Source of the DNA: Salisapilia sapeloensis CBS 127946
Lineage: Eukaryota; Protista; Oomycota
Assembly (NCBI GenBank): GCA_023334545.1
Contig: JAADVB010000044.1
Span: 1 to 64,000, forward strand
Length of the DNA: 64,000 nt
Direction: 5' to 3'
Shown: in pieces, positions 35,324 to 49,500 of the stretch
How the letters are laid out: the number at the start of each line of letters is the position of its first letter
Numbering within the stretch: the first letter of the stretch is position 1
Notes under the pieces: generated by a model
What the model saw: the letters and a program-made list of their open reading frames with translations, nothing else
Databases searched by the model: none
What the model was told of the DNA's origin: nothing
Translations under genes and position numbers: made by a program

Positions 35324-36386
35324 TTATTCCATCTTGGTATCGCCATCATCGTCCTTGGAACCAGAGATCTCCGCAGCATCAATCTGCACGTGAAAAGAGT
35401 TAGCAAGATAGTTGTGAAGGGGGAAAGTAGATGTCCTACGTAGCGCTGGAGAGCTTCGCCTTCAATTTCCTGGAAAGGCTCGTCGACACCGACGATGGAG
35501 ACCGTGAGGTTCGCCGTCGTGAGATCCTGCTCGCCTTGGAGACAGCCGCTAATAGCCTGAACAGCGTGCTGAATCATCTCTTCCTTGCCAACTACATGTG
35601 AAGACAGTCGAATTAGATTTTCGAGATACAAATGTCGTGATGAGAGTAACAGCTTACGTCCAGAGAAGCTCTCAAAGTGTTTCTCGAGGTAGGTTCGAGC
35701 GGACTGCGATCGTGCACCTATTGCGATGCCTTTGTACTCGTAGTAGTTACCCGACGGGCATGTCTGGTACAAGTGCACTCCTTTTTTCTGTTATTTATAT
35801 AAGTTATAATGTCCGTAAATGCTGTTTGAATAGAAGCTTACGTCAGCTCCAGCAACCAAGAGTCCGACGCCGTACGGACGACGAATGTAAGACTGCGTGC
35901 ACTCCTGTTTCTCTATAAAAGTTCACATGCGACCGATAAATATGCTGCTAGATTCGTCTTTTGCTTGCAAAGAAACGTACTGTCAGCAACATCCGATACG
36001 AGTCGTCCAACCGTGATCGGTGCTCCGTAGACAAACTTGTGGTTTAAGCTCTCCGTTCGCATGAATCTACCAGTAATTTCCACCTCGAGAATTAGCCTCA
36101 AACTAGAAAACGAGTCGCATTCAAAGTACCGAGCAAGCGATCGGGCATCGGCAGTAAGACCAGCAATAGCCATACCCATGTGGTCATCAATTTTAAAGAT
36201 TTTTCGCTGCGGCTCGGCGAGGTCAATGCTCTGACGCTTGATGCCACAGAGCACCACGAGTTTGTCCGAGGTGATGCCAAGGCAGGCGCTGCCCTGCTTC
36301 ATGGCTTCCATGGCGTAATCCACCTGATGGAGCTGTCCCTGTGGACTCCACACCGTCACATCCGTATCGTACTGGTTGCGAAACAT
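35324..36386 (-). CDS. PSMA1: 20S proteasome subunit alpha type-1 (alpha-6/PRE5), multi-exon
   Basis: [17 protein letters not shown]…[21 protein letters not shown]…[10 protein letters not shown]…[29 protein letters not shown]. Stop at 35324-35326. Confidence 0.95.
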
Positions 36387-36515
36387 ACTTGTCTCCGTTC
36401 TTCCTCTCGATCTCGTGCTTTTCTGCTTTCCTACGGGGAGATCTTGTAAAAAGTTACGAACAGTTTATAACGTTACCAGTTAGAAACTGCAGCTTCAAGA
36501 ACCAAGTCGAAAGGA

Positions 36516-37440
36516 ATGCGAAGAGTGATGCGAGTATGACGTCTTTCGTTACTTTCTATCTAGGACCTTTTTGTTTATTCATGTTTCTTTTGTTTGGATA
36601 TAGTTCCTTGGTCAGAAAGATGCGCAGAAAGTGGATGAAGAACTCATGTCGGAGAAATTTGGTTTTAGTGTCGATCAGCTGATGGAGTTGGCTGGATTAT
36701 CCGTTGCTTCAGCACTTGCAAAGGAATATCCTTGCTCACAAGTAAATGGAGATGTGGAGAAGAGCTATGCGAATGTACTTGTTGTTGCTGGGCCTGGGAA
36801 TAATGGTGGAGATGCGTTAGTGGCTGCTCGACATTTGAAGCATTTTGGATACTCGCCGGCGATCTTGTATCCGAAGCAGAGCTCCAAGCCTCTTTTCAAA
36901 GGTTTGGTGACGCAATGTAATCAGCTAGAGATTCCGTTCATGGACTCCATGTCGGATGCTGCATCTATCGATACTTCGTACGATGTGATTCTCGACGGTA
37001 TCTTCGGATTCAGCTTTTCTGGAGACATCCGACCACCATTCGACGACGTTGTGAGCAAGATGAAGCAATGCAAGGCGCCTATTGTGTCCATTGACATTCC
37101 TTCTGGATGGCATGTCGAGCAAGGTACAAATCTACAATCTATTACCCCATAAAGAATGCTTCTAGATCTCATCTATGTGATACACAGGGAATGAAAGTGG
37201 TGCTGGACTAGATCCGACGATGCTCGTATCACTCACTGCTCCCAAACTCTGTGCTCAGCATTTCCATGGACCTGGAAAAGCTCACTACATCGGCGGTCGA
37301 TTCGTTCCAAAGTACAAACGTCTCCAAGTTACCATTCTCTTCCTACATGCTAACAATAGTCTACTAGATCCCTCGCGAATGCATTTAATCTGGACATTCC
37401 CACTTACCCAGGCATCGACCAATGCGTTAAAGTGGATTAA
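36516..37440 (+). CDS. NAXE: NAD(P)H-hydrate epimerase (YjeF N-terminal domain), multi-exon
   Basis: FLGQKDAQKVDEELM…DQLMELAGLSVA, GPGNNGGDALVAARHL, ILDGIFGFSF, IVSIDIPSGW, LVSLTAPK, HYIGGRFVP, then last exon …YPGIDQCVKVD*. Confidence 0.93.
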
Positions 37441-37597
37441 GAAACACAAAACAAGAGATGAAAATTGCAAAATCATTTTCGTGATTGGACTTAGTCTTAG
37501 CTCCACCCAAGTTCTAAATCCTGCCCTCATGTCATTTCTTGATACTACTCATGACTTTGTGTATGCCTACTTTGAAAATCAAAAGGATAGATACAAC

Positions 37598-40500
37598 CTA
37601 CAGTTGCGCGACAGCCTGGGACACTGCGTAGTCACCCGAGTGGCTGATGGAAACACTAACGGACGAAAGTCCAAGCTGGCTAAACACTTGCGACGCATGG
37701 CCAGCCAACAGCACGGACGGAGCACCAGACGCTGTCATGAAGATCTCAATCTCACGCAACGGAGCTCCAGCACCCTTCCACACGTTCGGCGTCGAAGGAG
37801 ACGCGTTCGAAATCGCCTTGATAATCGCTTCCTTCGCAGCCCATCGACCAGCAAAGCTGGCAGCAGGGTTCGGAGCGCTGTAGCAGTAGGCAACCTCTTG
37901 GTCCGTAAAGTTGCGACGGATAAAGTCTTCGCGACCATGGAGGTTCTCGAACGTCGCCACGGGTTCGACGTCGACACCGATACCAGAGCCCTTCTCGCCG
38001 AGACCGACGCCAGCAGCAGTCTGCGACAGCGCAGATTCGAGTCCTTCAGACGCTTGACCATCGGCCTTATCGTCCGCCTTCTTTGACGTCGACGCGTGCG
38101 CTTGCTTCGAGTTCTTGTGCTTCTTGGATCTCGAACGCTTGCTCTCGGCAGCCTGGTTGCCACCAAAGTTCCACGATCCTTCAGCAGGGTCGAACTCAGC
38201 ACGAGCCGACGGGTCCAAGTAGACGTTCGACTCTTGCTCGTTCGTGTACGGAGCCGCACCCTTCACCTTAATGAGCGTTCCCTTGCCACTAATGGACTCT
38301 TGCAAGTACGAGTTCATCTTGACAAGACGTTGCTCACGACGTTGCGAGTACTGCGTCAAGTCGTCATTGTCCAGCATCGAGAGCAGGTAGTCCGGGTGGA
38401 CGACCAAGATCTCGCCACCAGCCTGACCGAAGCCGAAGCTCTTCATGACTGCAGCCTTGATACCGTCCGTCTGGATGCTACGGTTCGGGTACGCGAGCAA
38501 GTCGAACTTGCGAAGCGTCTCGCACGTGTTGTCCAAGTTGCGGTTGCCCGGGATCAAACCAGAGTTGAGGATCTGAAGCAGACCGTTGAACATCCAGGAC
38601 GCCGCAGCACCCTTCGGGTGGCCCGTCATGTACTTCTGACAGACGATCGGAAGCACGTTACCACTGCTACGTCCAAGATGCTGCAGTTGCTTCTGCGTGA
38701 CTTCACTTTCGTTACGGTCGTTGGCCTTGGTACCAGTACCGTGGAAGCTGGCGACGCCAATGTCGTCGACCGTCAGGTTCCACGCGCTAAGGGCACCACG
38801 CAACGGCGCGATGTCCATACGGTTCTCGTGGAAGTGTTCACCCCACATGGATTGAGCACTCTGAACCTTGCGCTTCTTCATGTCGTTGAGGAAGGCCAGC
38901 TGCGACTCTGCGTTCGCATCGTCCAGCATCTCCTTCTCACGTTCGTACCAGGACTCGATGCTCGCGAGTTCCGAGTCGAATTGACGACGGCGGAAGTTGA
39001 CATCGAGAAGTGGCGACTTCTTCTCCCCAACGTTCTGCTCGCGAGCAGTCGTGAGGATACCTTGGCCCGGAGCAGGCACAGACCTTCCGTTCTTGTCCGT
39101 CGCCGTGCTCGTAAGTGCCACGACACCGTAGATCGGGCAGCCCATGTCGATCGCAAGTTGCGCATCCATGAGCAGCTGGATACCAGCACCGTGACTCTCC
39201 ATAAAGCCACCACGCGTCGTAGAGCACGGGCGGCACATCTCGGAAGCTTCACGGCCCATGCCGTACTCCTTGACCGAGTCACTCGTGGCCTTCATCTGCG
39301 CGAACTCGTACGATCCTTCCTCACCAAAGTCATCGTATCCGCCGACGATGACGATACGTGCCTTACCAGTCTTAATGGTTTCGACACCAATGTCAACGGA
39401 CTCGGCAGCAGTTGCGCATGCACCGACCGGCGTCTTAATCGGACCGGACGAACTCAGCAGCAGCATGTTCACCCATGCCGGTGCAGTGTTGATGAAACAT
39501 TCCTGCAACGTATCACTCGGAACGCTCTTGCCCATGAATCGGTCTTGATAGATCTTCTTGAAAGAGTTCATGCCACCCATACCACCGCCAGACGTGTTAC
39601 CGACTTCAGACACGTGGACGTACTGGTAGAACTCATACGGATCGGTGATACCAGAAGCGACGAACGCTTCCATCGTCGACACGAGGACGTACAACGTAAG
39701 CGGGTCGACAGACTCGGCCAGGTCCTTGGGGATACCGTAGCGCTCAGCGCTCCAGCCGGTCGGGATCTGACCAGCGACGAAGCGGTTGAAGTCGAGGGCG
39801 CGAGGGATGCTTAGCACCGATCCCTTGCGGAGACGAATCATCCACGTACCATTCTCATCTTCAAAGATATCGACATTGTCTTCTCCGAGCTCCTTGCGGA
39901 ACTGAATGGCTTCTTCACGATCAGCGACTTCCACTGGTGCCATCTTTTTATCGATAGCAACCTGGTGCAAGATCATCTTCTGGTTTGGATCGTAGCCTTC
40001 AAAGAGTTCTGGTTCGATGATACGGATACCAGCGTGGGCTAGTAGCTCCTCTTCGTAACGCTTCTTGATCTCGTGATCCGCCACCGCTTCCTTCGTCTTC
40101 GCATCAACCCACTTGCCATTGTCGTACGTGATGTGACCAGTCAACCACGCAAGTTCGATGCAACCTTCGAGGGAGAATTCACCATACGACTCCATCTCCC
40201 AACGCGTACGTGCGTTACCCCATGGGCCGACTTCACCGTACCCAGCGACGACGACGACCTTGCTCAGGTCGACCATACCATTCAACATCTTTTGCTCCTT
40301 CTTCTCCGCGAGCTTCCCGACACCAGACAGACCTGGGAAGTTACTGCTGTAGTAACTCGATAGGTTCGCTGCCGGCTTGAACTTCTGGTCAGCTTGGCTA
40401 CTGGCGTTCGACATAGCAACAGTCTTCTTCTCGCTTTCCAACGACTGGTGGATCGTAGCACGAAGCTTGGCTGTGTGCATGATGTCTTCACGGATCTGAG

Positions 40501-43500
40501 TGACCTTGTCGTTCAGGTTGTGTACCTGCGCCATGCCACCCGTGAGGTCCGCCCAGATCGGTGCTTCAGCTGCACGATCGACGATCTGCGGGTGGAGAAG
40601 AGCACTCAGGTTGAAGCCCATCTCCGTGGTCGTGAACGTACGCATGCCCATCTTCTCGACAGCAGACGCAACGATGTTGTTTCCAGACATAAGACCAGTG
40701 CCACGCGTCCATCCGATGATGGCACCGACAACCGAGAGCTGGTCTTCCCATCCTTCCGAGTACCACTTGTTCATAAGACTTTCCATACCAAGCTTCGATT
40801 CGGCGTACAGACCGTCGCTACCGAAGTTACCGTGGTTGGGCGACAGCGGCAGGATGGCAAGTGCAGGGCGCGTGAAGATACCGCGCGACTGCTTTGCCGA
40901 GACGACTTCTCCAAGCAGACGTACCGTGTTCGTGAGGAGGATACGGTGAGCAAGCTCCGAGCGACTGTCAATGTCTGAGATTTTGCGACCGAGGTCGGAG
41001 AGTGCACCGAATGGAATGACAAAGTCCAAGTCCAACTTGTGGACGTCGTAGATGTGCGCTACGAGGTTCTTCACATCGACCTTAGAGCCTTGATTGAACG
41101 GTAGGACGATGAGACGACTGCCCTTACTACCATGTTGCTCGTACACCGAGCGGAACACGCCCGTGGACTTAGAGTTGAAGCTACTGGTTGTCACGAAGAC
41201 GGTCGCACCACCTTCCAAGAGCGACTTAACAAGCTCCGCACCGATCGAGTTACGACCGCAGCCAGTTACCAAGGCCACCTTGCCGGCGAAAGAGACACCG
41301 GTCGAGGCCATTTCACGCATGCAAGAGAGGAGCATGCACGTCGATTCGACGTCGTAGAGACGAATAGTCGGGTCGACGTCCGACGGCTTACGGATGTGAA
41401 CATGAGGAAGAACGATTTCCTTGAGGTTCTCGTTCAATCCCGTGCGGAGGTTGGTCGACTTTTCAACAAGCGACTGACGGCGACCGGACTTCTTGTTACG
41501 GCGTCTCAACGACTCACGAAGGGCAGCAAGCTTGGGTCCCTTTGCAGGTTCAACCTCCTTCTTGCTCTCGGCACTCACGGTGTCGTTCTTCGCCGTAGGA
41601 GATTCATCGCCTTCATCGTAGCTGTCATCGTCGCTATCGTCACTGTCGTTGTTGACAGTGCTTTCAAAGCCAACGGCACTTGGCATCTCGACGGCAGCAG
41701 AGGCAGATTCATCGAACGTGTTGAACACTTCCGCCGAACTGTACTCGAGACCACGCGCCAATTCATCAACATAGTCGGTCGAGTCAGCGACACCGACGCG
41801 AGGGATTTCAGCGTAGTCCATCGAACCATCGTCGTGGATGGTCAAGTCTGGCTGCGTCGGGTGGAAGATCTGGACGTTCATCGGACTGTGGTGTAGCCAC
41901 TCCTCCAATTGCTCCACAAGCAACTGGATCGCTTGAGCGTACTCAACGTGTCCTTCTTGCTTCGTCTTGTAGGCAAAGTACTTGGTCGCACGCAACAGCT
42001 CTGGCGTCGCACGGTTGCAAAGGTACGGCTTGAACCATTCGAGAGGAGGCAAAGCCGACTCTTCCGTCACGGTGTCCAGCTTGCTGTTGATCCACTGGGA
42101 CATTTGCTTGAAGTGGTGTCCAACATCCGATGGTAGCGGCAAGCTAGTCTCTTCCTCCGACTTGATAGACGACTGGATCGTACGGAAGTAGAGCTCTAGA
42201 CCGTCTTGGACGGCCCAGTTCCAGTAACTGTCGTACACACGTTCCTTGTTTGCGTCGAAAGCAGACACGATACCGTTTGCGTAGAACTCACCGTGCTCCG
42301 TCATCCATTGGTTGACCGAAGCCTCGACTTCTTCACGCAGATCCACCTCCGTTTCGATCTTCCGGTGAATGTCAAGACTGTCCTTGCCAAGGTAACTATT
42401 CAAGGCAGCAACTTGGTCCGCAATCATAGACTTGAGACGCTTGTCAAAGTCGCTCGGAAGCGCGGCGGGTTGCATCGCTTGCTGCGGCATGCCACCGGCA
42501 GACGCGCCTAGTTTGCTGTAGTATGGGATGTCGATGGCAGCAAACTTGGCGTAGTCATCCGCAACTCCGTCCAACCAGGTCTTGGCTTGACCTTCATCCG
42601 CGAAACGGTTCTTCGGGTTCTGCGTCAACGTATGCAAAAGCACGCTTTCGATACGACCAGCAGGCAAGCAGCGTTCCTTGGACAAATGGTCCTTGATGGC
42701 CGCGAGACCGAAGCCACCAGGCATCTTACCAGCAAACAGCTTGGCCATGAGACCACTGGTAACCTTGCCTGGAGTCTTGTAGTCGCTGAACTTGCCAGCA
42801 AGCTCCGAGATCTTCAGGTCAGCTGTGTCATCCGGTCCAGAGCCGAACTCCTTCTCGAGGTCGCCCAACACTTCGTTCTGAAGCGCAGACTTACCACCAG
42901 ACTGCTCCTTGATGGTCGTCTCGTCCGTAATCTCGCTGAAAGACTTGCTGAGCTTCACGGCTAGAAGCACCTTTAGAGCGTGCTTGGCATCCACAGGCGC
43001 GTCAGTGACAGTCGGCACAGGTGCAGGCGCAGCACCGAATGGCATACCGCCAACAGGACCGCTGGGCATCGCTGGCTTGGCGAGGCTCACACCAGCGAAA
43101 GTGGCGTACGAGTCGACGACAGAGTCCAACCATTCCTTGGCCTCGTTCTCGTTCTTGAGACGAGCCTTCGGGGCCATGAGAAGACCATGGACAAGCACAC
43201 TTTCCATGCGACCAGCGCCAAGACCCTTGGTGTTGGTCAGATACTCCTTCACGTTCGACATGGAGAAGCCACCCGGCATCTTGGCACCAATGCTCTTCGA
43301 CACCATGCCACTGGTCACCTTACCAAGAGACTTATAGCTCGAAAATTTACCAGCCAACTCCTTCAGCGGTGCTTCGCCAGCACCATCAGGGGCACTACCG
43401 AATTCCTTTTCAAGGTCTCCGAGAATTTCATTCTGGACGGCGGATTTACCGGCGCAAAGCGTCTTCACGTCAGAATCAGCAGCAACTTCATTCAGTTCCT

Positions 43501-46500
43501 TGTTGAGCTTTACGGCAAGCAAGACACGGAGGACGTGAAGAGCTGACACCGGGGCATCTTCTGCAGGAGCAGCCGCCGGAGAAGACATGACCGGCATCGG
43601 TGCAGGCGCAGGAGCGGCTTGAGCCGGAGCCGGGGCAGGAGGAGCAGTATCAGCCGTAACCTCTTCCTGGACTTCCTCTTCCTTCGCCTTGGCAGCAGCC
43701 TTCTTGGCCGCAAGCTCACGAGCGTAGTCCGAAGCCGACGGGTACGAGTCCTCTACTTCAAAGTGGACAACGTCGCGGTCACGCTGGTACCACAAGATCT
43801 CACGATTAATGCGAGCGAACTTGACAGCCTGGAGCGTACGCTGGGCCATAGTCGTCAAGGTTGCGGCAGGACCAATTTCAATGAATCGGGAGACACCAGT
43901 GCCACCGGTAGAGAACAGGAGCGCTTGCGTCTTGATCCATTGCACAGGCGATGCGAATTGGTACGCGAGCAACTCGACGACGAGAAGCTGAGCCAATTGT
44001 GCGCGAGACATCATGCTCCACTGCGTTTCATCCAACACTTCGGCAATGTAAGGACTCTTGGTAACGCTGTGGACAAGCTCAAAGTACGACTTTTCAAGCG
44101 TGAACGGCTCAGCGACAAGGTTCGGAATGTACCGGTTGATCAAACGCGGAAGCTGGCGTTCAAGCACATCGGCTTCAAACTTGGAGCGAAGCAGCGATCG
44201 GAAGGCAGGCACGCCTCCAAGAAGCTCTCGCGAGTGGAACGGCACATCGATGCCGGCAAGAGGGATCGTAGCGACGCCACGAGCAACGACGAACGGACGT
44301 CCGGCCTGCTCAGCCTTCTCCTTCTTCGCATGAGCTTGCTCGAGGCTCTCCTTAATGACCTGGTCTACCTCAGCGACGTCTCTGCCCGACTTGAACGCAG
44401 CCAAGCTTAGTGAAAGCGCTTCGAGGTTTGCGTTCGTACCAGCAACGACGTACTGCCTTCCCTGGACGTTAAAGTTCACGACCTGGAGCAGTTTGCCGGA
44501 TGCAGACGAGATGCCGTCCACAAGCTTGTACATCATGTCTTCCGTGAACTTGGGACCAACGCGAGTCGGGTTCGTGGCCATCATACCATAGTCGGATCGA
44601 CCGTTTTCGTCACGCTTGACAGCCTTTTGCATGATAAGTCCACGCAAGAAGACGACTTCGGACACGGCTTCAACGGCAAGAGCACCGGCGAAGGAGCTCA
44701 GACCAGCGTACTCACCAAGCGAGTGACCAGCGAACAAGGCATCGTCCGGAATCAACTGAGCTTCCTCGATCTCAGCGAACGTCGCCTTCTCAAGCAACAC
44801 AAGTGCCGGTTGACTGAACTGCGTCGCGAAGAGCAAACCTTCCGGAGCGGAGAACGTGAAACTTTGCGTGTGCTTATGAATCTCCGGTAGCAGAGGCGCC
44901 ATTTCGCCCGTCTCTGGGTCTTCCACCGTCAGCTTCATGTAGTTCTCACGAATCTGCTTACCACGACGACCACCAAAGTGGATCGTGATGGAAGACGGAT
45001 TCTTGCGGACCATTTCCAAGATCGAAAAGCCGAACTTGGCACGGAGGTGACGGTCACCCTTGTCCCACGTTTCACGAGCAGCCTTGGACTCTTGGTAGCG
45101 GTCCATACCCATGCCAACCTGGGCAGAGCCTTGACCAGTGAAGACGAAGGCAACAGGTGGCTGCTTGATCTCCGCACGAGCACTCACGACGCGTTGACCA
45201 GCTTCGTTCACCACTTCGACAGACATGACCTTCTTGCCGTCGCTCTGTCCGACGTGGCGAACCTGCATGTAGAGCTGGTCGCCAGGGTACACCATACCAT
45301 CAAAGTTGGCGGCATATGAAGACACGGAGCTGTCGTCGTTGCGACCAAACTCCTTCGCAAGTAGAGCACGCACCTTGGTGGCTGTCCACATGCCGTGCAT
45401 GATCGGCTTGCCCTGCGGCAAGTTGGCCAGCGTGGCAGCGTAATCGGAACGATGGATGGGGTTCAGATCGTGCGATGCCACGGCATAGTCGAGAGCCTTG
45501 TTCGGGACGCTGATCGAAAGAGGCGTCTCGACAGTGTTGTAGCCACTTCCGAGAGTAACTTCGTCCTCGATGCTCTTCTTACGGTGCATTAAGAACGCAA
45601 CGACTGGGCTTTCGCTCACGTTTTCACTCTGAACGTCAACGGCAGCAATCTCCACAGCACCCTGCGGCTTTTCAATCGAAGCCGTACCGGTAACAGTGAC
45701 GGAAGACAGCGTCATCATATCGGCGTAGCGCTTGACGGTCGTCGTGTCCAAGACCACAACGTCACCGATCTGAGGTTCATTCGCGTCGTTCTTGAGCTGG
45801 AACCAGCACTTGGACAGGATATTCTTGATCTCGATCTCATCGTGCATCGTAATGCGTTCCACGGACTTGTCGACGGAGAACGTCGAGCTAAAGTCGTCAA
45901 AGTTGCCTCGGATAAGGAACTCACTGCGTAGCTCCACGAGCGGCTCGAGTGTTTCTTCCATCTGCTCGCCAACAACCTTACGCGAAATGGTCGCGATACC
46001 AGACACGATCTTGCCACTCTCGATGATACGCAAGCTCGAGACTTCCGACGAGCTTACGATTTCATCGCCAGGGTAGAACAGTTTGGATGCCTTCTTGTCC
46101 GACAGCAGCTTGTACGAGTGCTTCAAGTGGACCAGATTGAGCAAGTTGCCCTGCACCTCCTTGGTGAAGACAGACTTGATCAGCGGACGCCAGCACAAGA
46201 TGGTCGAGTAATCGGCAGGAGCGGCGACGACATCCGAGCTGAGACCGAGGGATTTATTGTAAGCAATGATATCTTCCTCGGAGATCGTCACTTCATCCGT
46301 GAATGTCGAGAAGATGCTTTCTTCACACGCCTTTTTGCAAGAAGCATCTTCATTACCGTCCTCAGCCACCCAGAAGCGGGCGTAGAAGTCCTTTATCGTC
46401 TCAATAGATGCGGCTTCATTCTCATGGATGGAGCACGTCACCTCTGGAACGTACGTGAAGGATAGTTCCAACGGTACGATCGCCTCGCTAAGAGTCGAGA

Positions 46501-49500
46501 TCTTTGGGCGCACTTCACGCAGCGTGACGGAGATCTTGCTCTCCTTCTTAGTGACTTCTACCACCGGAGCCGAGGTTGTGATCTGGGCATCCGTGATCTT
46601 CAAACCAGAGTCAGAGATTTCAAAGACCTGGCCAGCGCGTGGCTGCAAGAGTGAACGCACTGGGTTGCTGATCCACTTCTTGCCCTGAGCAATAAAGTCA
46701 GACGTAAGCAAAGCGACCATCCAGTCTTGCGTAATCGCCTTCGAAGAAAGCTCTTGAGTCCACTTCGTCGCGCTCGGCAGCTCCGTAACGTCAGCAGGGA
46801 CATTGATGCGAAGGCAGTTTTCTTCCTTCGACACAGAAAGCCCAGCAATTTGTTCCGGGCTGTCCTCGCAGGTTGTCGCACTGGACACAGCTTCGAGCGA
46901 AGACTCCTTGGCAACCTTGACGTAGCCTTCAGCCATGCCGTTCAGAATGTCCGCAACTGGCTCGCTGGCGATCTTGCTGTAGCGAACGGCGACTGGGCCC
47001 TGCAAGATGCAGACACGCTGGGCGTCACGGTCTGGCACAGCATCCAAGTCTTCCGAGTACCAGAGCGAATCTTTCTTGAACCACGTGCGAAGCTCTCCGT
47101 CAACGACAGGGATGAAGTTGACTGGCTTACCACCGCTACGGCAAAGCTCGACGAAGTAGTCTATGTCAGCGATCGAAAGCAACGTCGTGGCAACCTTTGG
47201 ATACTTAGCAGCAAAGTCTTGCAACGTCTGGCGAGGAGAGGTTTCAAGACCAGATGTGTCGAACACTGCCCCGCTTTCACTACGACGGAAGCGCTGTTCC
47301 GTGCAAAGCAGGAACTTGGCGACACGGTCCATGTAGCTCGAGTGCAGCCAGCGCTTCGTGCTGTCCTCACGGTCGACGTACATAAGGTCGATCATACGCG
47401 CAAGCACGCCGTAGTAGGACATTTCCGAGAGATCAGCAGCTTGGATTTCACCCGTTGCGGCAGACTTTTTGCAGCCAAAGTACGGCTTCTGGAAGTCAGC
47501 GTTCAGACGGGCGATGATCTTTTCCTTGTCAAGAGCAATGGCTTTCGCCATCTCATCCTTCTTCTTCGAAAAGTACTGGTCATCAAAGTCCTTCCAGCAA
47601 GCGATACCACGGTTGGCAACCTTGTGAATCGGCTCACCGAGCTCGGACGTGACGGTGATGACACCGCCAGTCACGCCATCGTAACTCTCGTCCCACTTGT
47701 GTTCCGCCTCGATACCGGGCGTGTCGACGAGAAGCTGCTTGACTTCAGGCGCCGTTGCGGCCTCCTTGGCCACCATGATACGGGAACCGAGCAAAATGGC
47801 GTCAGCAGGCATCTTGCTGTGGCTGCCACGGTTAAGACTCCATTCACCAGTCAAGTACTGGTAGGAGTCTTCCCAGTTGCCAAAGCCAGAGCCGACAGCG
47901 AGGAGAACGTTGTCGACTTGACGGATGGCGCCGTAGGTATCCTCGAGTGGCTGGTGGAAGTCCTCGAAGCTGTGGTGGCCACCGGCACGACCACCCGTCC
48001 ACTGCATCATGACCTTCATAGAAGGCATGGCACGGGCAATGTCAAGCACAGCGTGGATAGCAGACACAGAGTTCGGCTTGAAGCCGACGAGGTTGATGCC
48101 GACGTTGCTCAGTTCTTGCATGATCTCCATCGCACGGTCTGTCGTCGGAATACCAGCACCAATCGTGATGCTCTCAATCGGAAGACCTTCCTTGCGCATA
48201 CGCAAGACCATCGGGAACTGGAATCCCCACTGCTTGGCGTTCAGGTAGAGCATGTTAATGGAGATACCGACGCCAGGCTTGATCTTAGACACCAACTCGT
48301 TCACCTTGTCTTCAAAGATGTTCGGACGCGAGAGACCGCCAGCAGCAAGTTCCCCGTAGAAACCAGCGTTCTGGACGGCAGCCACAAGGTCCACACCATT
48401 GAGACTGGTCGTCGGGGTCATACCAGCCACAACAACTGGAGCACGGCCAAGTGCTTCTGTGTACTTGTTGACGAGCTTTCCGTCAGCAGACACCCGCGGG
48501 CCGAACTTGTTAGCCCACGAACGTCCGCTAGCTGAGAAGACATTCGGAGTGGAAACAAGAGCATCCAAGCCATGAATCGAAGGGTATTTGCTCGCATCCG
48601 ACGTCATCTCACGGTTCTTGAGCGTCGCAGAGATGAGCTGGATACCAGCACTCGCAGCGTAGTTTCCGCTAAGCGGCGCAACACCATTTCCAGCACCAAA
48701 GTCAACAACGTGCGTGGCATTAGTGTTGGAAGCGATGACCTTGGACCAGGTCGCAGGCCAGTCGGCGACTTGCGTGAGCTGCATGTCGATCAAGTCGGAC
48801 ATGATGCTCTTGTCACCAAGCGTCTGGAGGTTGGTTGCCTCCGTTGTCGTGGCGTACACTGGCACTTGAAGTTTGCTTCCAGCAACGACAAGTCCAATGC
48901 GCTCAACATCGGCTTCAATCTTGCTCTTCGCAGCGACGAGCGCATGCGAATGGAAGGGGCAGCTAAGCGGGATAAATGCGAGCGTTCCGGACGGTTTGCG
49001 CTTCGAATAAGGCACACGCGTCTGGTCTTCATCTGCGCCAGCCATTTTGCTTTCAAGAGACTTCTTAAGCATAGCAAGGTAGCCTGGCTTGCCGGTGACG
49101 TTGAAGCGCTTTGCGCCGTTGATCAGAGATAGGCTCATTTTGTCTTCATCCGGCAAGTTGCGGTTCGCGACTTCTACTGCCTTGAGCACATGTGTCTTGG
49201 ATAGTCCGTTCACAGCAAGCATCGGTGTAGCGTCACCAGACTCCATAACATCGTCGTCATTTTCACGTTCGAGCGTGGCTTCCTGGGCACGCAGGGCATG
49301 CCAGAAGAGATAGCGAACGAACTGAACGGCCAACTGTTGCAAGTCTGCAGTGTCCTTGGCGGCAGAAATGATAGCAGCTGATACGACGCCCTGGCTCATA
49401 CCAATTGCACATGCAGAGTTAGTGACGGCATCTTCGTGGGAAATACCGGCAGCATGCAGAAATGCCAAGTAGTTTGCGACGTGTGTAGCACCGAGAAGAG

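Noticed and set aside
36320-36386. Proteasome alpha-6 N-terminal motif variant [12 protein letters not shown] (usually SPxGRLxQVEYA)
   Set aside because: The rest of the subunit is normal, and this looks like ordinary lineage drift. I have no evidence of functional change.
37220-38086. 288-aa plus-strand ORF
   Set aside because: Its first 30 or so codons are a NAXE exon. The rest is read-through of an intron, the 3' UTR and the antisense strand of the FAS end.
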